Of a DNA stretch of 64,000 nucleotides, positions 1 through 12,953 are shown piece by piece. A model generated the notes under the pieces. That model saw only the letters and a program-made list of their open reading frames with translations. It was not told the DNA's origin and did not search any database. The DNA is from Dudresnaya verticillata (lineage: Eukaryota): assembly GCA_977862235.1 (NCBI GenBank), contig OZ374557.1, positions 2,604,001 through 2,668,000 of the forward strand, in the 5' to 3' direction. Within the stretch, counting starts at the first letter, position 1. Each line of letters opens with the position of its first letter. A program made the position numbers and the translations under genes.

Positions 1-1029
1 TACGACCAATATCATTACGCGAAGGATCCGTGGTGGCGGGAACTAACGCCATCTATGGCACGAGGCGAAGTTTAAAGCTAAGGCATCTGGTCCGACTCAG
101 GTTGTCTACCAACGAACATCATCACGCGGATAGACCGCTCTCGTCATGAATGTTGTTGCTACGCCCCGCGTGAACTCCATGAGAGGCATACCCCACGACG
201 CAAATACACTGATTACCGCCCAACGGGACTCGATATCGGGGGAAGTGACTCCCATACGTTTCCCAACAACGGACTTTAACGCGGTCGAACCGCTTCGACC
301 ACCGCTAATGCGGTGCCGTAATGGCACCCTATGTGAGGCCAAGATCACCTATGGGGAGAGTGAGACCCTGCGCCCAGGAGGCTTGATGTTAATAACGTTG
401 GCATACGACGGATAATCTACCATGGCTTATGACGACAATTGTTACTGTGACGCCTCACAAAGACCGCTACTACACAAATGCGAAAACCTTCGCCGGCTAC
501 GGCAAACAAGACAAGGCGACGTTGTGAATCAATGAATATCAACACGCGGATGAGCCGCTCTGACTACTGTTATGAAGCGAAGATCCGCTGTGGCTAGCGC
601 TAGTGCTAAGCTATTAGCTAATACATTCTAACCCAGCCACGTGTCCTGCAGCGGGGTTCTCCGTCAAGGCCTTGGACCACGCCACGTTGAAAATCAACGA
701 GTAACTCCACGCAGGTCAACTGCCTCGGGAGTTCCTATCAAGATACCTCTGGTGGGACCGGAAGACGCGGCACGCTAACCTAGTACGTGAGTCGAGTGGG
801 TGTTGCCAAGCAACGATAATCTATGCGCGGATCACCCGCTTCGACTGCTGTTGTCACACGCGCCCAACTCGCGCGGGTCGTAAAGTATCATCGACTACGG
901 TAACTAAGGGCAAAGGGGAGAATGGTTGGTAAAAGGGGGTTGGCTTTACTTACGTTGACAAGCAACGAACATTTTCGCGCGGACAAACCGCTTCAACTAC
1001 ACTTATGGTGGGACCCAGTCGGCGAACGG

Positions 1030-3284
1030 TTAACGCATGAGCGATGCGAACATGGGATCCTTCGTGACGTCGCCGCCCGGCTCGGTGTCATCCCTCGCAT
1101 CCTCACCACTAAGGCCCGGAGCAGACGTCGTCGCTTCAGGCGCGGCCACGGGTTGACCAGACGGGGAAGCCCCCGGAGCAGCCTCCATTGGCTCATGCGG
1201 CGCAGTAGCGCCCATATTACCCGGAGCCGACTCCATATCCGTAGCACCCGCCTCGCCATCTGGCGTAGGCTGGCTTGCCACCGGGGCGGCCTCAGACGCG
1301 CGGGGCACTCCCGTCCCTGCTCCCGCGCTACTGCGAACCGCAGTGCTAGGACAGAGCGGGGAAGCCGCGAGGATTGCCTGGAGTCGCTTCCGTATCTCTC
1401 TCTCTGACAGGTTTAGTCCGAGGGCCACCCCCGACCGACGCAAGAAGTCAGACATGGCGATACGCGTCGGGTCAGGGGCGGACGTGGCAGACGCTCTTTC
1501 GGGGCGAGTAATGGCATCCGATGACGGTGCGACCGGGTGGGCATCATGTGGACCAGGCGTCACCTCCGCATATGCGACCAGCTGGGTCTGGGCATTCCTA
1601 ACGGGGCGGGCAGACCAAGCTCCAGCACACAACTCGCGTTGGGCGCGGGAACGCGGCCCGTTCAAGTCCGCATAAGATGCGAATGGCGCTGCAACGTCTT
1701 CCATGTCGTGGATACCCACGTTCACCTCGGAGCAATCTCCGCCTTCAGTGTTGACGCCCTGCTCCAGGGCGTCGTAAAGGTACCCACAGGGATGATCCGC
1801 CGGCATCGGCACGGGGTTATGGCGGTCATACCGAGCCTCCTCCTCGCTAACCAATTGGCGCCACCACGGGTCGTACCAAACAAAGTCCCCACATTGGGGA
1901 TGGCGACGACCCGGAGAAACGTTCCTCCGCAGGTTAGTGAGTTTGTTGTTGGCAAGCGGTACGACTGTGGGATCATCCTAGTTGAGGGAGTCATGCAACT
2001 GCAGCAGTCTGCGAAGTTCATCATCGTTTGCTTGCCCACCAAGGATGTTCCGCAAGTCTAACTGAGCGATTAACGACGTCATCGTCGGGGTCAAAAACCA
2101 GAGGCGTAATGTGTCGTACGTTTCCCAGAGCCAGTGCATGGCGGTCTTCGCAACGAACTCAGTGAAAGGAACCACCCATAGCCCCGTACTCGGGTCGCGA
2201 CGGAACTCGCTCATACAATAGCCAAAGTCGTTGGGTAGTTCAATGAGGAAGCCCTCGCATCACGCGACCAGGGCCCAAGTGTAGGGAATACCCACGTAGT
2301 ATCGTCTACGGTATGTCATGCAGAAGAGGGCCGCCTCGACGTGGGGATACGGAACAAAGATTCCAAGGCGCGAACGCTCGCGACGCTCGAAGCGGATCTT
2401 CTCCCAAAACAGGTTACTGCGCTTACACAAATACCGGAACTCATTCCGTAGTTGCACATCAAGCAACAGAGCAGACTGCTCAACCCGCGGCTCGCGTCCG
2501 CGCCAGGAGGGTGGTAGTCTAAATAGGCAAGGCACCACACATAGTCGACCTCACCGTTCGTGCGGTACACCGCGTAGTCGACGCCGTAGTCCAGCGGGAT
2601 GAGGCCGCGCCCTACGGTGCGCGTATGGCGCCAATAGACGAAGCGAACCCACTCGCGAAAAACCGCGTCTAAAGGACGGTGCCGGCCGTTGACATGATGT
2701 ACGGGGGCAGCCCCGTGGAGACGCCAATCTTCTGTCCACAACACGGAGACGGGGATTTCCCCGGGTAGGTAACCATTGAGGACGTACCTCGAGATTATGC
2801 CCATCTCCTTATAATCGCGTGGGTGGAACCACGGGGCCCTGGCGAACAAGTCAAGATCGTTGTTCGGCATCAGGCCCACGAACGCCGCCGGTCTGGGATA
2901 CTCGATGGCCGGCGGAGCTGGCGCGGCGAGTACAGGGGCGAGCTCCGGGGGTATTGTTGAGGCGGGTGGCAACTCCGAGGTAATCCTCGCTTCGTAGGAC
3001 GACGCTGACGGCAACGGTGACGGCATGGGGGCCGACGCACGGACGCTTGGCGAAGGCGCCATAAGCGAAGCCGACGACGGTGAACCCACAACGGACGACA
3101 ACCGCGGCACGGCCGGCAGATCTGTCGCCAAGAGCTCCGTAGCCAGCGGGTGTTGCGTCCCAGGGGAAGGCCATACACGAGTGGGAGACGTCACCGTGGT
3201 CGGCGTGTTTGGTTGAATCTCGGAGAAATCCTCCTCATCGGCCATAGGGTTGGACGTCGGAGGCGGCGGTTGGTTGTGGCTCAT
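1030..3284 (-). pseudogene. aORF1: antisense accessory ORF of E1, ~750 aa reconstructed, unknown function
   Basis: ORF 3284-2316 frameshifts near 2540 into the frame shared by 2538-2260, 2214-1978 and 1854-1030 (two internal stops). Pro/Ser-rich N-terminus, aromatic-rich core, low-complexity C-terminus. Motifs are shared with aORF2. Confidence 0.8.
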
Positions 3285-3572
3285 GATACGCCAGGAAGCA
3301 GACGCCAGGGCACGGGCACGGATGACGAGCCAACAAGTAGACCTTTATTTCCCCGGTGATGACACAGCAGTGTGCACGCGCGCGCTCGTGTCACAAGATG
3401 GAGGCGTTCGGAGTGTGGGGTACCGCGAAAAGCAACAGGAGTCGCCAAGCAGGGCGGCGGGGCTGTTCGCAAACACAAAGACCGGAGGCGACTCCGCACA
3501 CAAGTTGGAAAGCTGGGAACAGCGTGAAGCAGCCACACAGACACACGGGGTCCGCTCTTAGGAGGGGGGCGA

Positions 3573-4413
3573 TGTGGTGCAAAGGCCCGGGGAGTACCCC
3601 ATTTTATATCGCTTTCGCGCTGACGCCCGCGTGTATCGGTCAGCACTCGCCGACGAACGCGGGTGAACCGTGATGAGCGCATACGCCGGCATACGACGCG
3701 ACGGGCAGACCCCCGAGCCGGCATCGCACGTGCGAGATCGCGCCAATGGACGTCGAGCCCTTGGCACGGCGCGTGCGCCGGCGCGACATGCGCCACCGCC
3801 GCACACGCGGGACACTAGCCCACGTGTACACACGTGCGCCACATATATCCGAGGGAGTCCTCGACCGGGTGCGCGCCAGCAATGCGCACCCTTAGATTAC
3901 ACTGATGTACAGTGCGGTAGTAGTATTTCTACGCTAGGTATTTTTGCACGATATTTTAGTGAGCTCGCGGTGCGCGCGCATGCCAAGTGTCAAGCGCACG
4001 GCGCCACACACGCGCGCGCACCTCCCGCGGGGGATACTTAGTGTACGGGGTGAACCCCCCTCACAGTAAAGCGCCAAGCTGGCTTTGGGACCTGAGGATT
4101 CCCCAACTTCGCTCCCGGTGACAACACCGTGTGTGACCTCGGCCTATGTACCCTGTTCCGTTGCTTGTCTTCGCGGTATTCACCGGCGCAACTGCCTTTG
4201 TCGTTTTACGTGCGCTACAGCACTTCTACGTGGGCCGGGGGTTTACAGTCGACCCCGTCCACGTCTCAACCATCCGGGGCACACCCCGTGCCTCGTCTGC
4301 TCTACGCAATCTACCGACACCCGCCTCATCGCGTGGTGTCTGCTACCACCCTCGCCGGAGACCGCTCGAACACGGTTAGGGGTAATCCCCGGCTGTTGGG
4401 GTGTTGCACCACA
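3573..4413 (+). repeat. 3' LTR of E1 (841 bp)
   Basis: Termini TGTGGTGCAA...TTGCACCACA; preceded by the PPT; interrupts the end of the E2 pol ORF. Confidence 0.9.
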
Positions 4414-7400
4414 TTCTTCGCTAAACGCTTCTTCTTAGTCGCGTTCAAAAACGCTGCAAGTCTCTCGGGTACATCCTTATGCATTTGTTGCACGGACTGC
4501 CACGTCCAGTCTATCTTATCAGGTTGCCCCAGCCATTGTACATGTACAGATAATCCATCACTTGCTTCTCCAATCTCCTTGATAGACTCCACCATCTCGA
4601 ACTTGGACTCCACATGCTTCGCTTGCTCTACAAGCCGCTGAGATATTTCAGTTCCATCTAGTTTGCTGCGATAGATCTGCAGCCTGGCTGCATGTACGAT
4701 CTCGGACTTACTGTCTACAGGTCCAGTTACCTCATAAACAGTTTCACTGATAGCCCTGGTTATTCGTCGGGGTCCTAACCAACGAAATGACAGCTTGTAT
4801 CCCTTGTCCTGACTGCGTCTAACAACAACAAAGTCTCCAGCCTCAAAGTTTGACGGAATTGTATTCGTCTTCTTGTTATGAAACGCATTCTGCTTCCGTC
4901 TGCTGGCAATCACCTTAATATCGACCTCTTCGTGCATATGATCCAATGCCTTTTGAGTCTCATCATTGTCAATGCGGTGCTGTGCGCGGACCATACTGCG
5001 TTTCAAAGGGTTTTCCTGTGAAAGCTTTGGTGTCACTACCATACCTCGGGAAGTCCGAATACCTATCATGACTTCGAGAGGTGTGCACGACGTACCATCA
5101 ACCCTTTTCCCTAGCCTGGTGAGGGGTGTTTCATTACGTACGCAAATCATTATGTCGGCAACCAATGGCCAATCGTGAGGTCCGAGTCGGAGTTCGGACA
5201 GTAGTGCTGTGCATGCAGCTCGTATATGTCGCATGCAGACTTCTACTGTTCCATTAACCCAGGGCGAATATGCCACTGTAAAATTATGATTGGTACGGTG
5301 TGTCTTGGCTAGCCATTCCAACACTCGATTCTTGAAGTGTGATCCTTGGTCTGAAACCCAAAACTGCATCACAGTAAATACTCTAATCCATCTTGATATC
5401 TCCTTAGCAGCTGTTTCTGCATCCACAGTTTTGCACGGACAAAGCCATAGATATGTAGACAAATCGTCTCGAATTATCAGCATGTACCTCAGCCCATCGA
5501 TTCCTATCCCCATATATATGAAATCAAAATGGATGAATTCGTTGGGCTTCGAGCCATGAAGGGTTATATACAGTGGACGCGGGATTCGATGCCCACTCTT
5601 GGCAATGATGCAAGGCAGACAGCTTTGGAAAAGTGCTCTGCAGTCCTGGTCCATACCTGCCCAGCTGTACTCCTCTTTCAGCATGCTGGCAGTAGAGTTG
5701 TGACCACGATGCCCGCCGCACCCAAAATGGGCAACGACAAGCAGTTTCAATTTGAGCTCATTATCCTGAGGTGGAATGCATATCTTGCCATCTTTCCGCA
5801 ATAGACCACCATCCTCGCGCTGAACGGCACTTAGTATAGTCAAAGCTTCCAACTGTGACTTCAGTATCATATCCATGGACGGCCATGAAAAATCCTCAGC
5901 CAACGGGGACGCAACCAGGTCCTCCTCGTTGAACTTGCTAGTTATTATTCCTGCAACTTTGCGCTTTCCACGATATCCAGCAAACCAGCGCGGTATCATA
6001 TCTGCTGTCACTTTATGCTTACCATCTATATATTCTATCGTTTACATAAATCTTGATAGAAATAGTGCCCATCTTTGCACTTTGTTAACGACATGACGAC
6101 CTAACATTGGCTTCAGGACGGGTAGATTGAAAACAAACAAAATATTCCGATGATCCGTAAAGACGTGAATGTCTTCTTCACATGCGAACATAAAATCCAT
6201 TTTCTCGAATGGCTGAAACACAGCGTACGCCTCTTTCTCAAATGTACTCCAATTACACTGTGTACTTGTGAATGCAGACCCGGGAAAGGCCAATGGCCCA
6301 TGCATTTGTTCAGATACGTGTTTGCCCAGACAGGTACGCTCACATTGGGTCACTACTGCTGACCAAAACTCGTCGGATGCGTCAGTAAAAACACAGAGAG
6401 TCTTGTTGGGATCCCGGTGGGACAGCCTTACAGCTGTGCATAGTTGCGCTTGCAGTTCTTCAAATATTTCTAAAGTCCCCATGGCAATGTAAAAAGTCGT
6501 ATTCCTTGCACTGAACGAGACGTCCGCTTTCCTGAACGTGTGTATGCCTCCTCCAGAACCTGTTTCAGTGGTGCAACACGTGTTACGAAATCTGGGATAT
6601 AATTAGGCATCCACTGCAGGCAATACACGAACTGTGAGAGCTCAATTTCGTTTGCTGGTGGATGGGCACACTTCAACCCATTTAGACGCCTGGGATCACA
6701 TTCTGTTCCATCCTTATCAACGATGTACCCGCACCAGCGTAACGAGTTGCTGAGTAATACTATCTTTGCGGCTGAAACTTTCAGATTCTTATCCCGACAT
6801 ATCTGCAGAAATTGGCGTAATAGTGCAATCAGCGCTTCTCAGTCTTCGCGTGCACCGCGAAGTCATGAATCCATGCCTTGACAGATACGTCCACGGAAGC
6901 AAAGCAGAGCTGAACGCGAGACTGAACATTTTGTACTGCATTCATAGACCCTTGGAGCGTCCGTGTCGGCTGATAAACTCCAGCCGGTGTTAAGAAGCTT
7001 ACGTATGGCTGGCTGCTTTCGTGTAAAGGCATCTGCCAGTAACCAGCACAAAAATCTATACTGGCGAAGAACCTACTTCCATAAAAGTCCATGAGCTCAG
7101 AATGCAAGTATGGCATCGGCCATGTCATACGTTTGGTGCATTGGTTGACACGTCTTAATTCAAATGTAAGACGAAACTTCTTTGTTCCTGGTTTAAGCAC
7201 CAGCAAAGGGGGCGACGACCACTCCGAATGAGGGTTAGGTTTAGCCATGTTGAAATCGACCAAAGTTTCTATAAAACGTTTCATGTAATTACGCTGGTCC
7301 ACTGAGTATTTCCTCGCTTTGAAAATATAGGGCACCGGCCCGGGCTTCAGCTGTACATACATAGGCTCAACCTTTTCTGGCTGGCCCGGCCCCAATCTCA

Positions 7401-8848
7401 CTCGGAAGACGTCACCGTAGTCCTTAAGTAGTGATGTCATACCATCATGTCCCGTAGAGCTCAAGCCGTTTTCAATAGCTTTGGCTAGCATAGAACCTAA
7501 CGCTTTACCCAGCTCCTCCGGTGTGTCAATACCAAGTTCCGTTCGTTGCCGCGCCAGACTGTCCGCTTCGTCAGTTGCAGCTCTGTCGCAATGGAACATA
7601 CCCTAAGAAAGAATTCGAGCAATTGATCCCTCGGCGTAGTCATCATCAACAATTTCTGCAGCGTCTATAGAACCACTATGGCGATCACACGCAGCTTCTA
7701 AAATCGTCTTGGTATCCAAGCCCAGGGGCTCCTGAATAGGTCGAACCAGTAGTGGTTCATCAACTGCATCGACAGCAACTATCCATTTCAAATTGCGAAC
7801 CAAAAGTGACTTGCCATGTCGAATGTGCAATTCAGTATCCAGAACTACCTCCCTGTCGCAAGAAACAGAAAGAGCGGAAGCAGCTAAGCCGAACTTCCTC
7901 GGAATTTCGTATACCTTCACTTTCGTGTAGTATAGACGTCGGGTCGATCCGACGTCTGATACTTGCTGGTCCGAAGCCGCCACACAGACCCGTCGATGGG
8001 TAGCTGTTGGGGTTGGTAGAGCGGTGTCGGCCGCGTGCGCCCCGCAGGTGCGGATCGACGGCGTCGATGCCGGAGCGCGCACGGGGCGTACCGTACGCGG
8101 GTAGACAGCGACCGGATCCCAACGTCCCTGTCGAAGGGCGGCACGAAGCCAACGGAAAGGAAAAGGAAAGGGGAAAGCCTAGCGAGGCAAGGGAAAAAGG
8201 GAAACCGCCCGCTGGCGTAAGGCAAAGGGATCGAACCCAAAAAGGCTGGGGGCAAGCTTCAGCGCGAGCTGTTGCTTGCCCGGTTTACTGAGCCGTCGAT
8301 GGCCGACGGTCTTAAATACCCTACACTATGTGCACTACGACTAATTCTATAGTAGGTGCGCCCCACAACACCAACGCGGGAGGTGTGCGAGCGCGCGCCC
8401 ATACACGTGTCGACACGTCCGGGTAACGGTTACCCGTGGGCGCGCGCGGGGCGAAACGGGCAGTGGCCCTCTCAACGGCTCGATGCCGGAGAGCGTCATA
8501 GGAGCGCGCCGTGTGCGGCACGGCGCGCGGCCGCTGCCGGCAGCAATGCGGTCGACCGCTACAATTTCAACGAAAAACTAAGGGCGCGCTGCCCAACCAC
8601 GACTCGCCAGCGGGCGTCATCGTGTGCCCCATTACAGTGCAGGGCTGCCAGCATACCTTACAGCCGATGCTGATAGGGTGCTGACAGCTATACTACAATA
8701 TCGGCACGTTGCCTAAGCAGATCCGAAAACACAAGGCCTGGCATGAGGTTAATATCCGAACCACCGTTCGCACATAGTCGAACATCTACGCATCCTGACA
8801 AAGTAGCGCCCATGATGGTAGAGTTTGTTTCCCAGCTTTCGCCTTCTT
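4414..8848 (-). pseudogene. pol: E2 pol (protease-RT-RNase H-integrase), frameshifted and interrupted by a solo LTR
   Basis: ORF pieces 4326-6011, 6042-6482, 6470-6676, 6829-7599 and part of 7603-8082; degenerate protease motif LCANGGSD near 8760-8780. Confidence 0.9.
7926..8697 (-). repeat. Solo LTR of the E5 family inserted in the E2 protease region
   Basis: Reverse-complement copy of 38304-39077; termini TGTAGTATAG...CTATACTACA. TSD not clean (TTTCG vs aTATCG). Confidence 0.93.
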
Positions 8849-9800
8849 CTATCCATCAAGTGGAGTCACGATTTGCTTGGCTCCCCATTGCCGCTGTCTA
8901 AAATGGCGTTCCTTTTGCTCCTTGAACTCCTGAAGTGAACGTTTCGCCTCGTTTACACTTGTGTCCGGACAATTCCGAGCCCCGCCTTTGTGCTTCCTGT
9001 TCTCCTTCTGACATATTGGATTGAGACAAAGGAAAGAGCGGGCATTCATTTTGGTGTTTGCCTTGTTGTCGTCCTTCTCATTCTTATTTAAAGATGACTT
9101 GGTACTCTCAGAAGCGTTCCGGGTAGTAGACGAGTTTTCTTTTCGACCTTTCCGCCTAAGCTTGTCATGGACTGCTGCTTCTCTGCAAACCATAGCGACG
9201 CAGCGATTTACATCCTTCTTGAGGCCTGGTTCGAACTCCAGATATTCTGCCATGTCCTCTTTGAGCTCGGGCGGATATAGCTTCTCCTGAATCAGCTTAA
9301 CTGTCTTCTCGGGATTCCGCTGTTTGAAGTCACCATACTCAATACCATCGAGCCTTTCAAATATGTCATGGACATATTGAATCATGCGTGCGTCCGGGTC
9401 AGTAACTGACATTGGAACTCGAACGCCACGTAATTCCTCCTGTATCAACGTAGGATTAATCTCCTTGCTATCATTAACTGATACCAGTCCCCTGATATAT
9501 TTACCAATATGTTCAGAATTTAGTTCAGGGAACGACAATCCGATTGTAACTTCCTCGAGTCGTCCTAGTCCGTGAAGAGTTTTCAACAATCCTCTATCTA
9601 CGGAAACGTTAAACGAAGCGACAGTCATCGAAGGAACCTCCTTTTTCTTTCAAGCACTTCTTCGACATATCGGACCCTCTCCCTTAAAAAGCTGCAACCT
9701 TCAGAGGGTCAGCACTTCGCAACACTGGGTGCTGTACTGGTGCAAATAAAGCGTCTCTACTCTGACCCATGCTCGAACTCGCAGGCTCGCTGACACCATC
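8849..9800 (-). pseudogene. gag: E2 gag
   Basis: 259-aa ORF 9628-8849 between the PBS and protease, with degenerate Zn-knuckle CLNPIC...H...C; upstream part frameshifted, start approximate. Confidence 0.7.
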
Positions 9801-9976
9801 ATTTGCGGAAACGCCCGCCGGCGCTACGGCCGCGCCTCTTATCTTCGTAGGCATCAATAATCCGACACCGGAACTTGAAAGAACACTCCGTATGAAAAAC
9901 CGTCGTTGAGAATGCGTTCGCCTTCTGCAGGAAGAGAAATTTCTCTAGACGCTCGACTGCCCCAACCAGGACTCAG

Positions 9977-10268
9977 TGTAGTGTGTGAATGATCTCTGTC
10001 TTCTTCTAAAAGAAGGCGGGGGACCGAGGCAATTGATGTTGACCTCGGTGCAGGGCACAACGGGGATTGCGTAGTAACGTACTGTAGCAACGTACCTATG
10101 TCAATCTTAACGGTTAGCTACAACGTCCCTCTTCCCTACTGGAATGGGTCGTGCAAATCCTAAACAACGGCCATGTGGACTTCACTAGCTTGAAGCCGAT
10201 TGCTCTCTACAAGCAGTCGATGCTTTTCAGCCTCTGTGCGTTACGATGCGTAACCGCAACCATCTACA
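9977..10268 (-). repeat. 5' LTR of E2 (~292 bp) with PBS-like TGGTTGGGGCAGTCGAGC (9968-9951)
   Basis: TGTAG...CTACA termini; TGG-initiated PBS-like tract 8 nt inside on the minus strand. Confidence 0.7.
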
Positions 10269-10429
10269 GCCCGTGTGCACTCCGGCATCGACGCCGTGGA
10301 TCCGCACCTGCGGGACGCACGTGGCCGACACCGCTTTACCACACACAACAACTACCCATCGACGGGTCTATGTGGCGGCTTCCGACCAGCGCGTATTAGA
10401 CGTCAGATCGACCCGACGTCTATACTACA
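10269..10429 (+). repeat. U5 end of an E5-related LTR, truncated by the E2 insertion
   Basis: Similar to ~38915-39077, ends GACGTCTATACTACA; no PBS follows, so it is a 3' or solo LTR sitting in E3. Confidence 0.85.
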
Positions 10430-10479
10430 CAACCATAGGACCGATATCCTTCGTTTAGGTCGTCAAGACCGACCTGAAC

Positions 10480-12953
10480 ATGCCGACGTCCAAAAACGGT
10501 GATACCACCCGACCGGGATTAACCAGTCATTGTGGAAGCCGTTCCGGCAGTCTTTCCTCCGTGAGGACAATTGGGACAAGAAACCGTGCGGCCGTCGGCG
10601 ATCTTGCCCAAAATCCTTTAGCAGGAGAAGTGGAACGCCCGCCCCGAATGGCGGAGCTCCAGGAGATGAGGAACCACCTGTTCCAAAGAAGGGACAGGTC
10701 CTGAATGAAGAAAACACGGTCAGGACCGCTGCCGCAAGCGCCGCTAACTACGGGGCGAATGAGGGTCCTGACCCTAGTGTGCCGCCGCCGCCCATTTGTC
10801 GGGCTAGCCAGCACGGTACAGGCGGACAGACCCTAGAAGATGTGACGGCGTCATCATTGCCCCCGGACATAGGGGTCCCAATGAGAACGAAAGCCAATTC
10901 AGCCGACCAACGGTGTTTCTCAGAACGCAAGATAGGCCAGATGGTCGAATTGGGCATCGAAAATGCTCTTGTCACGAGCGTCCGAGCGTTGCTCGAGAGT
11001 CATACCGACGAAACCCTCTCGAGGGTGAAGCGTTATTTCGACGACTCAACATCCCGCCGGTGCGATCAATTATCAATTTTTGGAAAAGGCCCAAGAAGAG
11101 ATCGATTCTCGATGTAGACGAACCTCCTCTGGAGGAGTAGACAAAGAACGGGTCGAGACCCTACAAGCCCAGGTCGATTCCTTGGGGGATCAATTAGATT
11201 TGGTTCACCAAGAATTGGACCAGGTTACAACGGATGCCGACCGTTCAAGACAAGAAGCCGTTTCGGCTATTTCAGACGCCCAGTTGGGCGTGAACAACAC
11301 TCGTTGTGTTGAGCAAGACAGACGCATCGAGCTCCTTCAACAAGAGCTCGACGCGGAGAAGCGTCGAGTCGCTATGCTAGCAGCCTAAATGCGGCGACTC
11401 AACCGCGAAAGGGAAGTCTTCCCTGAGATAATGCGGCATCGTTCGCCAGTGCCTCGAGGCACACGAGACCGTCGCAGAAGGTTACCCCATCACGGGTCAG
11501 GCCACGAATCCCAAGACGATGAGGAAATGGCCCGGTGTCCAAATCACCGGGGGTGTAATTGCAGCCGACCGAGTCAACCTCGGTCTCGCCCCGATAGGCA
11601 TTCGAGCCATCGACAAGGCGGTAACCCCCATCCGGAGGCATGCCCTACCTCAGGACCGTCCGAGGACAAAGCGCCACAGTCAAGAACTTTCTTCAGACCC
11701 TCCTGGTCTTCTTGGACGGGACCCCGGCGTTCCGGTTTAAATAATTGATTCTGAGGAACCTTGCCTTCGTACAGGTACTCTCATATCGAAGGTAGAGGTT
11801 GTTGAACCTGGATGCCTGCAGGGGACCTGAATTCACGGAGACTACCTGCTGGGGATGATAATGGTGGATTCACCGAGTGGGCCGAGGCCGTCAATTTCCT
11901 TCTTCGCACGTATGCGAAAGACGTCTACATTGAGAGGATAGCCTCTGACATGGATACCATGGCACAAGAGCAGAATGAGGACGTCGTCACCTTCTCTCGA
12001 CGGTTGCAAAAATCAGGCGCAACGAGTCGCTGGGGTCTACACAGAGCAAGACTTAATAACACGCTTTAATAGGGTCATCTCCCCGCGGTGAAGCAGCTGT
12101 TAAGCACTACCTCTCTGGATCCATGGACCGCCCGTTTAGAAGATTATGTCGAGCTCGCCACCGCCCAGGGAGATTCTCATCGTGTCCTAGTGGGTGGTGG
12201 CCGAGCGAGGAAAGCGACCTCGACGCTGCATAAGAAAACCCTCGCGAAGGTACGGACACACAAGGACGGTCGGGCACTTCTTATTCGCCAGTCGAGGCGG
12301 TCGGGAGCACCTGACTCCGAATCATCAAAGCGTAGCGACTCTGAGGACGACAACGAAGATGCCGTCTTCGCGGCTATAGATGAAGAAGCGCCACCATCAA
12401 CGGCAACCCAATCAGACAGCTGGTCCTCCGGGCAGTACTCCTATGGCCAGCCATATTATGGCGAAGTTGATGCAATAATCCAAAACTACAACCATAGGCT
12501 CCCAGCCCGGGCTCAGCCAACAAGGACGCAGCTTCCCGGATGATAGACGGTCGAGGAGTAACCAAATGACATCTGCTTTGAGTGTTGTGGCGTCGGCCAT
12601 AAAAAGCCAAATTGCCCTCACCTAACGCGTACGGACAGTCTTTTGAGACTCTGAAAAGGAGGCAGTTCCAAGAGCTCTCGCATGAGCAGAAGGCCTGGTT
12701 GGCAACTGTTGGGCAACTACCCTACTTCGCAAATGGACCGGCCTCAACAGGCCAAGCGATTGGGCCACCGACAGGCCTATGTCAAAATATGGGAGCGGGC
12801 GCCGGCGGAAATAGGCACGTTCAATTTCATCCGGGTATGAAGCACCCCATCGACGCGCCAAGGCAAGCGTCACGGTCACCAAGACCAGGGTTACGACTCT
12901 TTCCCCCACCACCACCGCTACCGCGGTCGCCCGCTCTCAAGGCAAAAAACTGA
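10480..12953 (+). pseudogene. gag: E3 gag
   Basis: Fragments with WAEAVNFLLRTYA (same motif in the gags of E4 and E6); CCHC knuckle CFECCGVGH...C near 12575-12615; ends GCA AAA AAC TGA. Start approximate. Confidence 0.8.

Larger units (their letters stand above)
1..4413 (+). mobile_element. E1: 3' part of an LTR retrotransposon (3' spacer, antisense ORF, PPT, 3' LTR); pol lies left of the window
   Basis: PPT AGGAGGGGGG at ~3560-3569 is directly followed by an LTR with 10-bp inverted termini. Gypsy assignment is inferred from the antisense ORF shared with E3. Confidence 0.85.
4414..10268 (-). mobile_element. E2: decayed Ty3/Gypsy retrotransposon (5' LTR, gag, PR-RT-RH-INT-chromo-like), 3' end interrupted by E1
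   Basis: RT motifs WSSPPLLVLK, IDFCAGYWQ; RNase H VFTDASD, EKEAYA; integrase HFGCGGH..C..C, HFDF, SDQGSHF, YSPWVNGTVE; chromo-like VHVQWLG...WTWQ. AT-richer than its neighbours. Confidence 0.92.

Noticed and set aside
4326..6011. 561-aa ORF as an intact integrase gene
   Set aside because: Its last ~29 codons are read from the inserted E1 LTR and the upstream pol is frameshifted.
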